A program made the position numbers and the translations under genes. Positions 21,047 through 30,943 of a stretch of DNA of 64,000 nucleotides are shown in pieces. Position 1 is the first letter of the stretch. Each line of letters begins with the position of its first letter. Origin of the DNA: an uncultured delta proteobacterium (GTDB lineage: Bacteria > Myxococcota_A > Polyangia > Polyangiales > Polyangiaceae); contig CAWDXG010000004.1 of NCBI GenBank assembly GCA_963806225.1, forward strand, positions 1,440,001 to 1,504,000. Reading direction: 5' to 3'. The notes under the pieces are model-generated. The model was not told the origin of the DNA and ran no database searches. It saw only the letters and a list, made by a program, of their open reading frames with translations.

Positions 21047-22333
21047 ATGACTGGCACATCAAGAGGAGCTCGTCTACGCTTGTCCGCCTTGGTGGAGCCG
21101 CCGCGCGATCTGACTCTGCCCGACGCGGGCTCGACGACCACGCGTCGCGTGCTGGGCCAACACCTGAAGATCACGCTCTCCCACATGCTGGAGCTTCCGC
21201 TCGGACGCTTCCGCTCGCAGATCTTCGACGACTTCGCCGATGTGCGCGGCATCGTCGAGCGCCTGCTGAGGGAGAAGAAGGCGGGGCTGGTGTTCTCCAT
21301 CCTGCGCCGACCCACGCACTCGACGCTGGTGCACTGCCTGCACGCCGAGCTCTGGGGCGGAGGTGATGTCCGCCATCTGGACGAATGGCTCACCGAGCTG
21401 ACGGCACTGTGGGCGTTCGAGCTGGCCGCCGCGGGCGAGCTCCCTCCGGATGGGCTGCGACCCCGACACCGCCCCGAGCGGCTGCTGTCGATCGCGGCGA
21501 ACCTCGAGCTCGCCGTCGAACCGCGCTGGCGCATCGGCCTGAGGCCGCGCACCCTGGTTCTGGAACACGACAGCGAACGCGTGGAGCTCGATTTCGACGA
21601 GTTGGAATCCGGAAATGGATCTCTGCCCGACGGCGTCGAGATTTCGCGCCCCTACCACACCATCGACAACGGCCTGAAGCTCGCCTGCGCCGACAACAAC
21701 CCACTGGCCGCGTTCGAGGCCCATCCCGACAAGGCCGGGAACGAGCTGGATCTCGATGGCAAGCCGCCGGAGGAGTGGACCCGGAGCCTGGCAGGCGCGC
21801 TCGAACTGGTCGACCAGCACCTGCCGGAGCTCGGCCGGGAAATCCGGCTTGTGATGCAGACGCTGGTCCCGGTGGGCTTCGATGCGGAACGACATCTGTC
21901 GGCTTCCTACGCCGAGGCGATCGGTACCGCCTACCTGTCGCTGCATCCCGATCCGATGACGATGGCCGAAGCGCTGGTGCACGAGTTTTCCCACAACAAG
22001 CTCAACGCCCTGTGGGGCCTCGACCGCGTACTTATCAACGCCTTCAGCCCGCTGTACAGCTCTCCTGTGCGCCCCGACCCCCGACCGCTGCACGGCGTGA
22101 TGCTGGCGGTGCACGCGTTCGTACCCGTCGCCCGGCTCTACGAAACGATGCTCGAAGCGGGCCACGAACTTTCGAAGCGGTCCGGCTTCGAGGAGCGTTT
22201 CCGCCAGATCGCGCAAGGCAACCACGAAGGAATCAGCACGCTGCTCGAGAATGCGGATCCGACACCGGTCGGGCGTGCGGTGCTGGACGAGCTCGAACGC
22301 TGGGACCGCCACTTCGCCGGCGTCCGGGGCTGA
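21047..22333 (+). CDS. aKG-HExxH family (HEXXH-motif) putative peptide-modifying beta-hydroxylase
   Basis: AEALVHEFSHNKLNAL and YSSPVRPDPRPLHGVMLAVHAF family signatures. Start is uncertain (GTG 21011, ATG 21047 or TTG 21080). Confidence 0.85.
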   Translation: MTGTSRGARLRLSALVEPPRDLTLPDAGSTTTRRVLGQHLKITLSHMLELPLGRFRSQIFDDFADVRGIVERLLREKKAGLVFSILRRPTHSTLVHCLHAELWGGGDVRHLDEWLTELTALWAFELAAAGELPPDGLRPRHRPERLLSIAANLELAVEPRWRIGLRPRTLVLEHDSERVELDFDELESGNGSLPDGVEISRPYHTIDNGLKLACADNNPLAAFEAHPDKAGNELDLDGKPPEEWTRSLAGALELVDQHLPELGREIRLVMQTLVPVGFDAERHLSASYAEAIGTAYLSLHPDPMTMAEALVHEFSHNKLNALWGLDRVLINAFSPLYSSPVRPDPRPLHGVMLAVHAFVPVARLYETMLEAGHELSKRSGFEERFRQIAQGNHEGISTLLENADPTPVGRAVLDELERWDRHFAGVRG

Positions 22334-22347
22334 GCCCTGGAGCACGC

Positions 22348-23862
22348 TCAGCGCGGCCGCGCCAAGCGCGGGCGGGCGGCTACGACCTCCGGACCCCGCT
22401 CCGGCGATTCCCCGACCGGAATGAACAGACGCACGGTGGTGCCCTTGCTGGGCTCGCTGCTGATCTCGACGCGTCCGTCGTGCGCCTCGAGGATGCGCTC
22501 GACGATGGGCAGACCCAGCCCCGTCCCGCTTGGGCGCGTGGTGAAGAACGGATCGACGGCGCGTTCGAGGACCTGGCTCTCCATGCCGTGACCGCTATCG
22601 GTGATCTCGATGCACACCGTGGGTGGGTGTGCGCTTTCGTCACGTGCCACGCGCACCGTGAGGCGACCGCCGCCCGGCATCGCCTGGATCGCGTTCTCGA
22701 CCAGGTTGTCGAACACCAGCCTGAGCAGCCCCGCGTCGGCCCAGACATTGTATGCCTCCGGATCGCCGTCGATGGCGATGACGACGTCATGCTCCTGCAT
22801 CGCCGCGGACTCGGCCCTTCGCACCATCTCGGGAAGCGATACCAGAGCCCGCTTGACGCTCACGGGGCGCGCGTAGCGGAGCAGATCCGTCACCAATCGA
22901 TTCAGCCGCGCGGCTTCCTCGTCCACGATGCCAAGCAGCATCTCGCGGTCCTCGTCGCGCAGTCCCGAGCGGCGGAGCCCCGCCACGGCGTTGACGATCA
23001 CGGCCAGCGGATTGCGCACCTCGTGGGCGATGGCCGCTGCCAGCTCACCGACCGCTGCCAGCTGCTGCTTGGTCACCAGCTCGTTCTGGATTTCCTTGAG
23101 CTCCGCGTGCGAGTGGCGCAATTCCTCCGTGCGCTGCCGGAGGTTCGACGCGGTCTGCTCGAGCTCTCCCGCGGCAGTGCGGTAGCGGAGCAGCAGAGTG
23201 CTGGCAACCGCGAAAGCATAGACGAGGAAGCCGTGCGGCAGCAGATAGACGCTGTGCAGCTTGCCGACCAGAAGCAGGATGTCGTTGGCCACGGCCAGAG
23301 CCACGATCACGCCGCCGGCGAGCGAGATGAGCGCCTCGCGCTTGCCCGACCTGTAGGCGTAGCCGAGCAGCACCAGGCTCGCGACCAGCTCTGCAACGGC
23401 GACGTAGTAGAAGCTCTCGGCTAGCAGGTGCGGCGTTGCGGACAGATGCTCGACGGGGACGCCGAACACGTGGGACCGCACGCTGTGCAGCGTCGCGCGG
23501 TCCCACCACAGCCCGCCCCAGACCAGGACCTCGTAGAAAAGGCCGAGCCCATACACGCCACTGGCGATGCACGCGGTCTTCTTCACGCCCGCGTAGCGCA
23601 TCACGAAATGCAGATTCAGCGCGACCGCCGCGATCGCGCCGGCGTGCGTGATATGGGCGGCAATGAGCCAATGCTCCGGGGCGCCGTAGGTGTAGGAGAT
23701 GCCCGCCGTGGTGACAGCCAGCGCGAAGCAGAGCAGTCCAAACAGCAGATATTCGACCTCTCGGCGGCCGAGCGCATAGGCCAGCATGAAGAAGGCGCCC
23801 AGCCCGACCTGGGCGATCGTCCAGGCGACCAGCACGCCGCAGAGAAAGTAGTGCGCGTTCAC
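22348..23862 (-). CDS. Membrane-bound sensor histidine kinase (multi-TM N-terminus)
   Basis: About seven hydrophobic segments, H-box IAHEVRNPL, N-box NLVENA, DSGHGM, PFFTT, GTGLGL. Confidence 0.92.
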   Translation of the reverse strand: MNAHYFLCGVLVAWTIAQVGLGAFFMLAYALGRREVEYLLFGLLCFALAVTTAGISYTYGAPEHWLIAAHITHAGAIAAVALNLHFVMRYAGVKKTACIASGVYGLGLFYEVLVWGGLWWDRATLHSVRSHVFGVPVEHLSATPHLLAESFYYVAVAELVASLVLLGYAYRSGKREALISLAGGVIVALAVANDILLLVGKLHSVYLLPHGFLVYAFAVASTLLLRYRTAAGELEQTASNLRQRTEELRHSHAELKEIQNELVTKQQLAAVGELAAAIAHEVRNPLAVIVNAVAGLRRSGLRDEDREMLLGIVDEEAARLNRLVTDLLRYARPVSVKRALVSLPEMVRRAESAAMQEHDVVIAIDGDPEAYNVWADAGLLRLVFDNLVENAIQAMPGGGRLTVRVARDESAHPPTVCIEITDSGHGMESQVLERAVDPFFTTRPSGTGLGLPIVERILEAHDGRVEISSEPSKGTTVRLFIPVGESPERGPEVVAARPRLARPR

Positions 23863-23905
23863 GCCAGGTCCCTGGAGGCGCCCGCGCCGGTAGCGCCCGC
23901 ACGCT

Positions 23906-24811
23906 TCACGGGTAGCGGCCTCCGTCGGGCGCGTCGCGGTTGACGGTGATCGTGCGCTCGACGCGGGCGCCGCGCCCGGCCAGCGGCTTGTCGTCGGCGC
24001 CGAGCAGCACGAGCTCGACGCGATAGTCCCCGCTCGGCAGGCCGCGGATGCGGCGCGCGTGCCAGTCCTTCATCACGATCCGGCGATCGACACCGGGCCC
24101 GCTGATGGTCGCTCTGACGCTCCCCTTGCCCGCACCGGGATCGGCGCCCAGCAGATAGAAGTCGAGCAGTGCATCGTCGGCCGCGCGGGCACCGTTGTAG
24201 GTACCGCGGGGCTCGCTGTAGACAAGGCGCGGCGCTTTCATGTCGATGCTCGGCGTGCCGCGCGGGCCGACCCAGAAGTGCACGGCGCCGAACGGCTCCA
24301 GCGAAGAGCCGCTGCCCGGTTTGACGGTGACTCCGTCGACGCGCACCGCGATCGCGACGAGCACGTGCTCGCCGGGCTGCAGCGTCTGGTCGGCGGGCAC
24401 GAGCTCGCCGAGGCGCACCGGCCGCTCCAGGGTCTCGAGTCGTCGAGGACGGAACCCGTCGAGAGCAAGCTCGACGCCGCCCTTGTCTCCCGACATCGGC
24501 CAGTGCTGGACCTCGAGGCGCACGCGATAGCGAGCGGCCTTGGTGAGCGGGATGTGTTGTTCGGCAAACGGGAACTTGATCTCGACGTGCGGCAGCGGGC
24601 TGACGGCCGGTTCATCCACCTTCTCGATCGCGAGAGGAACCTGGGCGGGAGCCGCGGCTTCGGCTGCGCCGCCATCCGCCGGCGCAGGCGCGGCAGATGC
24701 CGTTGCCGACGGCGTTCCGGGAACCGGGGGCGGCGCGCTCACGGGCGCATTCCGGCTGCCTCCGCACGCCGGGAGAAGCACGAATAGACCGATTCCCAGG
24801 AGCTTCCGCAC
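23906..24811 (-). CDS. Hypothetical lipoprotein
   Basis: Lipobox LPA|C, Pro/Ala linker and two beta-rich domains (PRLVYSEPRGTY...LLDFYL). Confidence 0.75.
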   Translation of the reverse strand: MRKLLGIGLFVLLPACGGSRNAPVSAPPPVPGTPSATASAAPAPADGGAAEAAAPAQVPLAIEKVDEPAVSPLPHVEIKFPFAEQHIPLTKAARYRVRLEVQHWPMSGDKGGVELALDGFRPRRLETLERPVRLGELVPADQTLQPGEHVLVAIAVRVDGVTVKPGSGSSLEPFGAVHFWVGPRGTPSIDMKAPRLVYSEPRGTYNGARAADDALLDFYLLGADPGAGKGSVRATISGPGVDRRIVMKDWHARRIRGLPSGDYRVELVLLGADDKPLAGRGARVERTITVNRDAPDGGRYP

Positions 24812-24934
24812 GGCCGGAACCTAGCGCACTGCGGCGCCAGCGGAAACGGGCACGGCAAGGCAGGATCCGGCGCGTCGTTCCGGGGGCCGGGCCTTCCGGC
24901 GAGGCCCGCGATCTGCTACTCGCTAGCGTCTCCG

Positions 24935-26818
24935 ATGAGCTACGTCGTGCTGGCCAGAAAATGGCGACCGATGACGTTCGACGACCTGGTCGGGCAGGAC
25001 CACGTTGCACGGACTCTCGCCAACGCCATCGCGAGCAACCGCGTCGCCCACGCATTCCTTTTCACCGGCGTCAGGGGCGTCGGCAAGACTTCGAGCGCCC
25101 GGATCCTGGCCAAGGCGCTGAACTGCATGCGCAAGCCCGGCAGCGTTCCACCCGGCGAGGACCCGGGGCCGACGGCCACGCCCTGCCTCGAGTGTCCGGC
25201 ATGCCTGGAGATCGCGACGGGCACGGACGTCGACGTGCGCGAGATCGACGGCGCGAGCTACAACGGCGTGGAGGAAGTCCGGCGCCTGCAGGACACGCTC
25301 CCCTACCGACCTTCCCGGGACCGCTACAAGATCTTCATCGTCGACGAGGTCCACATGCTCTCGCAGAGCGCGTGGAACGCCTTCCTCAAGACGCTGGAGG
25401 AGCCTCCGCCGCACGTGAAGTTCATCTTCGCGACGACGGAAGTCCACAAGGTCCCCGTCACGATCCTCAGCCGCGTGCAGCGCTTCGACTTCAAGTTGGT
25501 GCCGACGCAGCTCATTGCCACGCGGCTCCGGTACGTGCTGGAGCAGGAGAGTATCGCCAGCGACGACAAGGCCATCGCCATCATCGCCCGCGAGGCAGCC
25601 GGCAGCATGCGCGATGCGATGAGCCTGCTGGAGCAGGTGATCGCCTGGGGCGGAGAAGGGCTCAAGGGCGAGGACGTGGCGCGCGTGCTGGGCGTCGCCA
25701 GCCGGCAGGTCCTGCACGACATCGCTGCCGCGCTGGTCGCCGGCGACGCCGCGACCTGCCTGTCGGTGATCGCAACGCTCGCCAACCAGGGCTACGACAT
25801 GGCCCACGTCGCGCGCGATCTGCTCGCCCTCCTGCGCGATGTCGTCGTGGCACGCGTCACGGACAAGCCCGACGACCTGCTCGATCTCGCAGACGAGGAA
25901 AAGCGCGACGTGCTCGCGCTCGCGGCCCGGGCGGAGACCGACGACGTCGTCAGATTGCACCAGGGCTTCTCGCAGAGCTTCGACGAGGTCGTGCGCAGCG
26001 GGCAGCCCCGCGCTGCACTCGAGATGCTGCTCGTGCGGCTGGCACGGCGGCCGCCGCTGATCCCGATCGACGACCTGGTCCGTCGCCTGGCGCTGCTCGA
26101 GCGCCGCATGGGAGGGGGCTCGCAAGCGGCACCGGATCGCTCGGCTTCGAGAACGCGCGAGCCCAGCGGAGGCGAGCGCGGCCCCGACGCGCGCTCCCGC
26201 CCCCGCGCTCGCGAGGCCGGGACCCAGAGCAGCACGCGCCCAGCTCCGAGCGGTGAGCGCCAGGAGGAACCACCACCGGCGCCGACGCCATCCGTCGACG
26301 AAGCCCCGCCCGCTCCCCCGCCCGCTCCCGCTCCCGCGCCGGCTCCGCCGTCGCCGTCTGCGCCCTCCAACGCGCCCGCGCCGGCGGAAGCCAGTGCGCC
26401 GACCGCTCTCGACGACGAACGCCTCGCAGCGTGGCACGCGATCATCGAGATGGTTGCCGGGTCGCGACCCGAGCTCGCTGCCCTGCTCGAGCACGCGGCG
26501 CCGCTCGAGCTCGGGCCGGAAGAGCTCGTGATCGGCTGGGAGCCGGGCAGCGTGCTCGGCCGCCAGTTTGCCAGCAAGGAGTCGGAGAGCGTTCTCCAGC
26601 GCGCGGCGGCCGCGCACTTCGGCACCGCACCGCGGCTCCGGCTCGAACTCGAGTCGGAGCGCGCCCGGGGCTTCGAGACGGTAGCGGCGATCATCAGCCG
26701 CGAGCGCGAGCAGCAGAAGCGCCAAGCCCTCGCCGAAGCCCGCAGCCATCCCCGCGTGACCGAGGCGATCGAGATCCTGGGCGCTCGCATCAAGGATCTG
26801 CGGTTGGCCGGAAAATAG
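24935..26818 (+). CDS. dnaX: DNA polymerase III subunit gamma/tau
   Basis: SYVVLARKWRP, GVRGVGKT, CLECPAC zinc module, IVDEVHMLS, LKTLEEPP, GSMRDA and a Pro-rich linker. Confidence 0.97.
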   Translation: MSYVVLARKWRPMTFDDLVGQDHVARTLANAIASNRVAHAFLFTGVRGVGKTSSARILAKALNCMRKPGSVPPGEDPGPTATPCLECPACLEIATGTDVDVREIDGASYNGVEEVRRLQDTLPYRPSRDRYKIFIVDEVHMLSQSAWNAFLKTLEEPPPHVKFIFATTEVHKVPVTILSRVQRFDFKLVPTQLIATRLRYVLEQESIASDDKAIAIIAREAAGSMRDAMSLLEQVIAWGGEGLKGEDVARVLGVASRQVLHDIAAALVAGDAATCLSVIATLANQGYDMAHVARDLLALLRDVVVARVTDKPDDLLDLADEEKRDVLALAARAETDDVVRLHQGFSQSFDEVVRSGQPRAALEMLLVRLARRPPLIPIDDLVRRLALLERRMGGGSQAAPDRSASRTREPSGGERGPDARSRPRAREAGTQSSTRPAPSGERQEEPPPAPTPSVDEAPPAPPPAPAPAPAPPSPSAPSNAPAPAEASAPTALDDERLAAWHAIIEMVAGSRPELAALLEHAAPLELGPEELVIGWEPGSVLGRQFASKESESVLQRAAAAHFGTAPRLRLELESERARGFETVAAIISREREQQKRQALAEARSHPRVTEAIEILGARIKDLRLAGK

Positions 26819-26900
26819 CCGCCCCGGGGCCTTGCCCCCTCGCCATCGAGGACAGCGGAGCCTTGCGTCCGTGCCCACGCGAGGGCATTACACCGCTCCG

Positions 26901-27521
26901 ATGCTACCCGAGCGTCTCTCGCGTCTGATGCATCTGCTCGCACGCCTGCCCGGCGTCGGCGAGAAGACGGCGCAGCGCTTCGCGCTGTTCCTGGTGGCGG
27001 AGGGCGGCGAGCTCGCTAGCGATCTCGGCGGCGAGCTCACCCAGCTCAGGGAGCTGATGCGCCCTTGCGAGCGCTGCGGCAACATCGCCGAGGTCGACGA
27101 GAGCGGGCATGCCGTCTGCGCCGTCTGCCGGGACAGGCGGCGGGATCCCAGCCTGCTGTGCGTCGTTGCCAGGGTGCAGGACCTCCTGGCGGTGGAGCGC
27201 AGCGGCGCCATGCGGGGACGCTACTTCGTGCTCGGGCGGTTGCTGTCGCCGCTCGACGGCGTGGGGCCGGACGAGCTGCCACTCGCCGAGCTGATGGCCC
27301 GCGTCAAGGGCGATGGGGTCACCGAGGTGATCGTGGCCACACCCCCTTCGGTGGATGGCGAGGCCACCGCGCTGCTGCTCGCGCGGGAGCTCGCAGCGGC
27401 CGGGATCCGGGTTTCCCGCATCGCCAGCGGCGTGCCTCACGGGGGCGATCTGGAGTTCGCCGACCAGATCACGCTCGGCCGTGCTATCGACGGCCGTCGC
27501 AGTATCGACGTGCCGCGCTGA
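26901..27521 (+). CDS. recR: Recombination mediator RecR
   Basis: LPGVGEKTAQR HhH, CxxC...CxxC zinc finger, TOPRIM (GEATA), SRIASGVPHGGDLEFAD. Confidence 0.96.
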   Translation: MLPERLSRLMHLLARLPGVGEKTAQRFALFLVAEGGELASDLGGELTQLRELMRPCERCGNIAEVDESGHAVCAVCRDRRRDPSLLCVVARVQDLLAVERSGAMRGRYFVLGRLLSPLDGVGPDELPLAELMARVKGDGVTEVIVATPPSVDGEATALLLARELAAAGIRVSRIASGVPHGGDLEFADQITLGRAIDGRRSIDVPR

Positions 27522-27580
27522 ACGCCGTTGATTTGGGGAGGAGGCGGCGCCAAGATGCGCGCCTCCCGGGAGGAGCCAAC

Positions 27581-27964
27581 GTGGAAAAGCAGATCATCCA
27601 GACCGACTCGGCCCCGGCGGCGATCGGCCCCTATTCCCAGGCGGTGCGCTCTGGCGAGCTGCTGCTCTTGAGCGGCCAGATCCCGCTGGATCCGGCAACC
27701 GGCGCACTGATCGAGAGCAGTATCGAAGACGAGACCCGTCGGGTGATGGACAACCTCGGCGCGGTGCTGGCCGAGGCGGGCTGCTCGTTCGAGGATGTGC
27801 TGAAGACGACGATCTACCTGACTGATCTCGGCAACTTCGCCGCAGTCAACGGCGTCTATGGCGGTTATCTGGGCGACAAGCCCCCGGCGCGTGCCACGGT
27901 ACAGGTCGCCGCACTGCCGAAGGGCGCCCGCGTCGAAATCGACGCGATCGCACGCGTTCCCTGA
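27581..27964 (+). CDS. ridA: RidA/YjgF enamine-imine deaminase
   Basis: APAAIGPYSQAV, SGQIPL, PPARATVQVAALPKGARVEIDAIA. AGGAG RBS before GTG 27581. Confidence 0.93.
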   Translation: MEKQIIQTDSAPAAIGPYSQAVRSGELLLLSGQIPLDPATGALIESSIEDETRRVMDNLGAVLAEAGCSFEDVLKTTIYLTDLGNFAAVNGVYGGYLGDKPPARATVQVAALPKGARVEIDAIARVP

Positions 27965-28015
27965 GACTACCGCGCGCGACGCCGTCGCTCGATGCGGGTA
28001 ACGGAGACTTGTGAC

Positions 28016-29161
28016 ATGGCGAAAGCAGACACGGACGGGAACATCGATGCGGCGCTCCTCTCGGTCCCGGCCGACGGCGCGATGGAAGCGCTGGACGAGG
28101 CGGGGGATCAGGCGCTCGCGCTGATCGCCGCATGGATCAAGCAGAGCAACGCCGCAGCCGTTCAGGAGGTCGCCGAACGCGGCTCGGGCAAGTCGCGCAA
28201 GGCAGCGCGCCGCGGGCTGAACGTCCTCAAGTCGCGCGGGGTGGAGCTGCCGGAGCGCCATCATGTCGCGAGTCTCGGCGGCGGACGCGGCGAGGAAACC
28301 TTCGAAGCATACATGCTCGCTCCCGACACGGCGGGAAACGTTCTGCTCGTGGTCACGGCGCGTGCGCCGGCCAGCCGTATCCGATCCGTATTCGTGTTCC
28401 TGAACGACGAGCAGGGCGTGCACCGCGTCGACCAGGGCGAGCTCAGCCAGTCGCAGCTGCGCGATTCGCTCGCGCGGGTGCTTCCGGGTGCCGAGTACAA
28501 GGCCGTCAAGGTGCCGGTCGAGTGGACACGGGCGCGCATCGCGGCGGCACGCCGGCGCCATGCCGAGACGGGTCAGCCGGAACCGCTCGGCCTCGACAGC
28601 GCGGCCAGCCTGCTCGATCCCGCGCCGGACGAGGTCCCCCCCACCCGTTCGACGAGGAGGGTCTGGAGCTGTCCGAGGACGATGCGCGCGCGGTGGCGGA
28701 AGGCTCGCGCGAGCTGCACTCCCTCCCCGAGTTCCGCGGCTGGTTCCCGACCCGCGAAGGGATGGACGAGCTTCTGGCCAAGCTCGGCGAGGATTCTCGA
28801 GCCCGGCCAGAGCCCGGATCCCGAAACCATGACGAAGAAGCTCGAAGAAGAGCTCTCGGCCGCGACCGATCGCTACTTCTCGCCCGAGCGCCGCGGGGCG
28901 CTGGTGCGCGCCATGCGCGACAGTGCCCTGAGCGTGCTGTCGCGCGAAGGCGAGACGCGCGCGCTCGAGGTTGTCGCAACCATGAAGATGATTGAAAAGG
29001 CCGGGCTCATCACCGATCCGCCCCGCGACATCCCGTTCCTCCGCGGCTTCTTCGAGAAGGCGGTCAGCCTCATGCTCGCCCAGGGTGGCGGCAAGCTGCG
29101 CGTCCCGGTTCCCGGCAAGCCGGTGGCCGAGCCGGGCTCGGACGACGCGCCAGCGGGATGA
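28016..29161 (+). CDS. Hypothetical protein (two compensating indels at ~28636-28642 and ~28791)
   Basis: GGAG RBS and ATG at 28016. The protein-like middle segment (HPFDEEGLELSEDD...LPEFRGWFP) sits in the adjacent frame between a C7 run and a GG. Confidence 0.7.
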   Translation: MAKADTDGNIDAALLSVPADGAMEALDEAGDQALALIAAWIKQSNAAAVQEVAERGSGKSRKAARRGLNVLKSRGVELPERHHVASLGGGRGEETFEAYMLAPDTAGNVLLVVTARAPASRIRSVFVFLNDEQGVHRVDQGELSQSQLRDSLARVLPGAEYKAVKVPVEWTRARIAAARRRHAETGQPEPLGLDSAASLLDPAPDEVPPTRSTRRVWSCPRTMRARWRKARASCTPSPSSAAGSRPAKGWTSFWPSSARILEPGQSPDPETMTKKLEEELSAATDRYFSPERRGALVRAMRDSALSVLSREGETRALEVVATMKMIEKAGLITDPPRDIPFLRGFFEKAVSLMLAQGGGKLRVPVPGKPVAEPGSDDAPAG

Positions 29162-29171
29162 GCCGCCCCGG

Positions 29172-30017
29172 CTAGAACGACAGCGTCACGTCGGCGAGGC
29201 CGGTGCCATCGGCCTGGAGCACGTAGGTCGGGTCCGCATCGGTAGCTCCGCCGCAGCTAACAGTCTGCGCAGCGTCGGAGCCGCCCGCGACGATCGTGCA
29301 TCCGGCAGACTCGGCGTTGCCCACGTCGACCTTGCCGCCCGCCAGGGCGCTGGCCTGGACGTTGAACTGCTGCGTGCCGTCGAAACTCATGCTGATGGAG
29401 CCGTTGCCGGTCGTGACCTTGCCGCCCTGGGCGCCGGGCACACCCGCTGAACCGCTCACGTCGCCGTTGTGGCTCGAAACGGTGAGGCTCGACGCGCTTC
29501 CGGTGAACGGCAGGCTGGTGTCACCGTTATGCTGCGTGACGGACAGTGCGCCGTCGAAGGTATCGGGCAGCGCGACCCTGATCTCGGCGCCGAGCCCGGA
29601 GTGGGCGCTGCCGTTCTGGTAGGTCTTGATGCTGACGTTGCCGTTGGCGTCGGCGGTTGCATCCGTGGCGAGCGCGGCGAAGTCCGCCTGGATGTCGGCC
29701 TCCTTCGTGTCGTAGGCGCGGAGATCGACAGGGGTGAAGGTAACGCTCACCGTCGTACCGCTGCCCTTGACGACAGTGATCGGCCCGTTGAAGCCGTCGA
29801 TGGTCAGCGACCCGCCAGAGGCCCACTGGGCCGTCTTGTTGCGCGGCGTGCCGACCCACTTCTTCAGCGACTTGGCGCACACTCCCGACTTCGTCGTGGT
29901 GGCGCCGGCGTCGTTGGTGGTGGTCACATCGCACTTCTGCAGCTCGCAGCCCGTCGTGCCGGCAAGCATGCCGAATCCCAGAAGTACCCAAGCGGCGGAA
30001 CGGAGAAGAGTCTTCAT
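29172..30017 (-). CDS. Hypothetical lipoprotein, beta-helical adhesin-like (DUF4097-like)
   Basis: Signal MKTLLRSAAWVLLGFGMLAGTTG|C, Thr/Gly/Ser-rich, with repeated 'x-HNGD-x / TGNGSI' units. Confidence 0.65.
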   Translation of the reverse strand: MKTLLRSAAWVLLGFGMLAGTTGCELQKCDVTTTNDAGATTTKSGVCAKSLKKWVGTPRNKTAQWASGGSLTIDGFNGPITVVKGSGTTVSVTFTPVDLRAYDTKEADIQADFAALATDATADANGNVSIKTYQNGSAHSGLGAEIRVALPDTFDGALSVTQHNGDTSLPFTGSASSLTVSSHNGDVSGSAGVPGAQGGKVTTGNGSISMSFDGTQQFNVQASALAGGKVDVGNAESAGCTIVAGGSDAAQTVSCGGATDADPTYVLQADGTGLADVTLSF

Positions 30018-30076
30018 ATGGAGCCTCGTCGTTGTCCTACGTAGCAACGCGCCCGTGCCTTCCCGGCGCGCCCCAA

Positions 30077-30940
30077 CTAGCCGGGATTATGGAATTTTCT
30101 ACGGAACGCCGTCAGCAGTCGCAGCGTCAGCGCGCCGGGGCTGCCGGAGCCGACGAGCGCGCCGTCCACCCGCACTACCGGCAAGAGCTCGCGGGTCGTC
30201 GAGGAGATGAAGACCTCGTCCGCAGTGCGGAGCTCGCCCAGGGGCAGCGGTTCGAGGTCGACCGGAATGCCCTCGGCGTGCGCCGTGTCGAGCAGCAGTC
30301 GGCGGGTGATGCCGGGCAAGATGCCTGCATCCTCGGGAGGCGTCACGAGCCGGCCACCGCGGGCGATGAATATGTTGGAGCTGGCACCTTCCACAATGAA
30401 CCCTCCGCTGTCGACGATCAGCGCCTCCAGAGCGCCAGCCTTGCGCGCCTCGCGCAGGGCGAGCACCGACACCAGATAGTTGCCGACCTTCGCGGTCGCA
30501 GCCGGCGTCGCTTCAGCCGTGCGCTGGGTACGGTAGGTGACGACCGCAATCCCCTGCTCATACAGCTCTCGGGGCACCTCTGGCAGCGGCGCTACGATGA
30601 CCACGCAGAGTGGATGCTCGGCGGAGAGCGGATCGAGGCCGAGCGGTGCGGTGCCGCGCGTGATCATCACGCGGATGTAGGTCTCGGGATTGCCGGCGGC
30701 GCGCACCGCCTCGAGCACCTCGCCCTGCAACTGCTCCCGCGACATCGGCAGCTGGATGAACACCTGCCCGGCGCTCTTCTCCAGCCGCGCCAGATGCTCG
30801 TCGAGCGCGAACGGTATCCCATCGTAGGTGCGGATGGTCTCGAACACCGAGTCGCCATACAAAAACCCCCGGTCGAACACGCTGACCCTCGCGTGGTCTT
30901 CCTGCACGAGCTCGCCGTCGATCATGACCAGAGTCGACAT
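30077..30940 (-). CDS. PLP-dependent aminotransferase class IV (IlvE/PabC/Dat family)
   Basis: DRGFLYGDSVFETIR, catalytic Lys in AKVGNY, EGASSNIF, ILPGITR. Confidence 0.93.
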   Translation of the reverse strand: MSTLVMIDGELVQEDHARVSVFDRGFLYGDSVFETIRTYDGIPFALDEHLARLEKSAGQVFIQLPMSREQLQGEVLEAVRAAGNPETYIRVMITRGTAPLGLDPLSAEHPLCVVIVAPLPEVPRELYEQGIAVVTYRTQRTAEATPAATAKVGNYLVSVLALREARKAGALEALIVDSGGFIVEGASSNIFIARGGRLVTPPEDAGILPGITRRLLLDTAHAEGIPVDLEPLPLGELRTADEVFISSTTRELLPVVRVDGALVGSGSPGALTLRLLTAFRRKFHNPG

Positions 30941-30943
30941 GTC

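Noticed and set aside
21052..21067. Sigma-54 promoter for the HExxH gene (TGGCAC at 21052)
   Set aside because: The -12 position reads GG, not GC.
24812..24934. SRP RNA (ffs) or tRNA often found upstream of dnaX
   Set aside because: No SRP helix-8 motif (CAGG...GGAA...AGCAG) and no tRNA T-loop or cloverleaf is visible.
24935..26818. Programmed -1 frameshift in dnaX
   Set aside because: No A-AAA-AAG or poly-A slippery site seen; the ORF is continuous.
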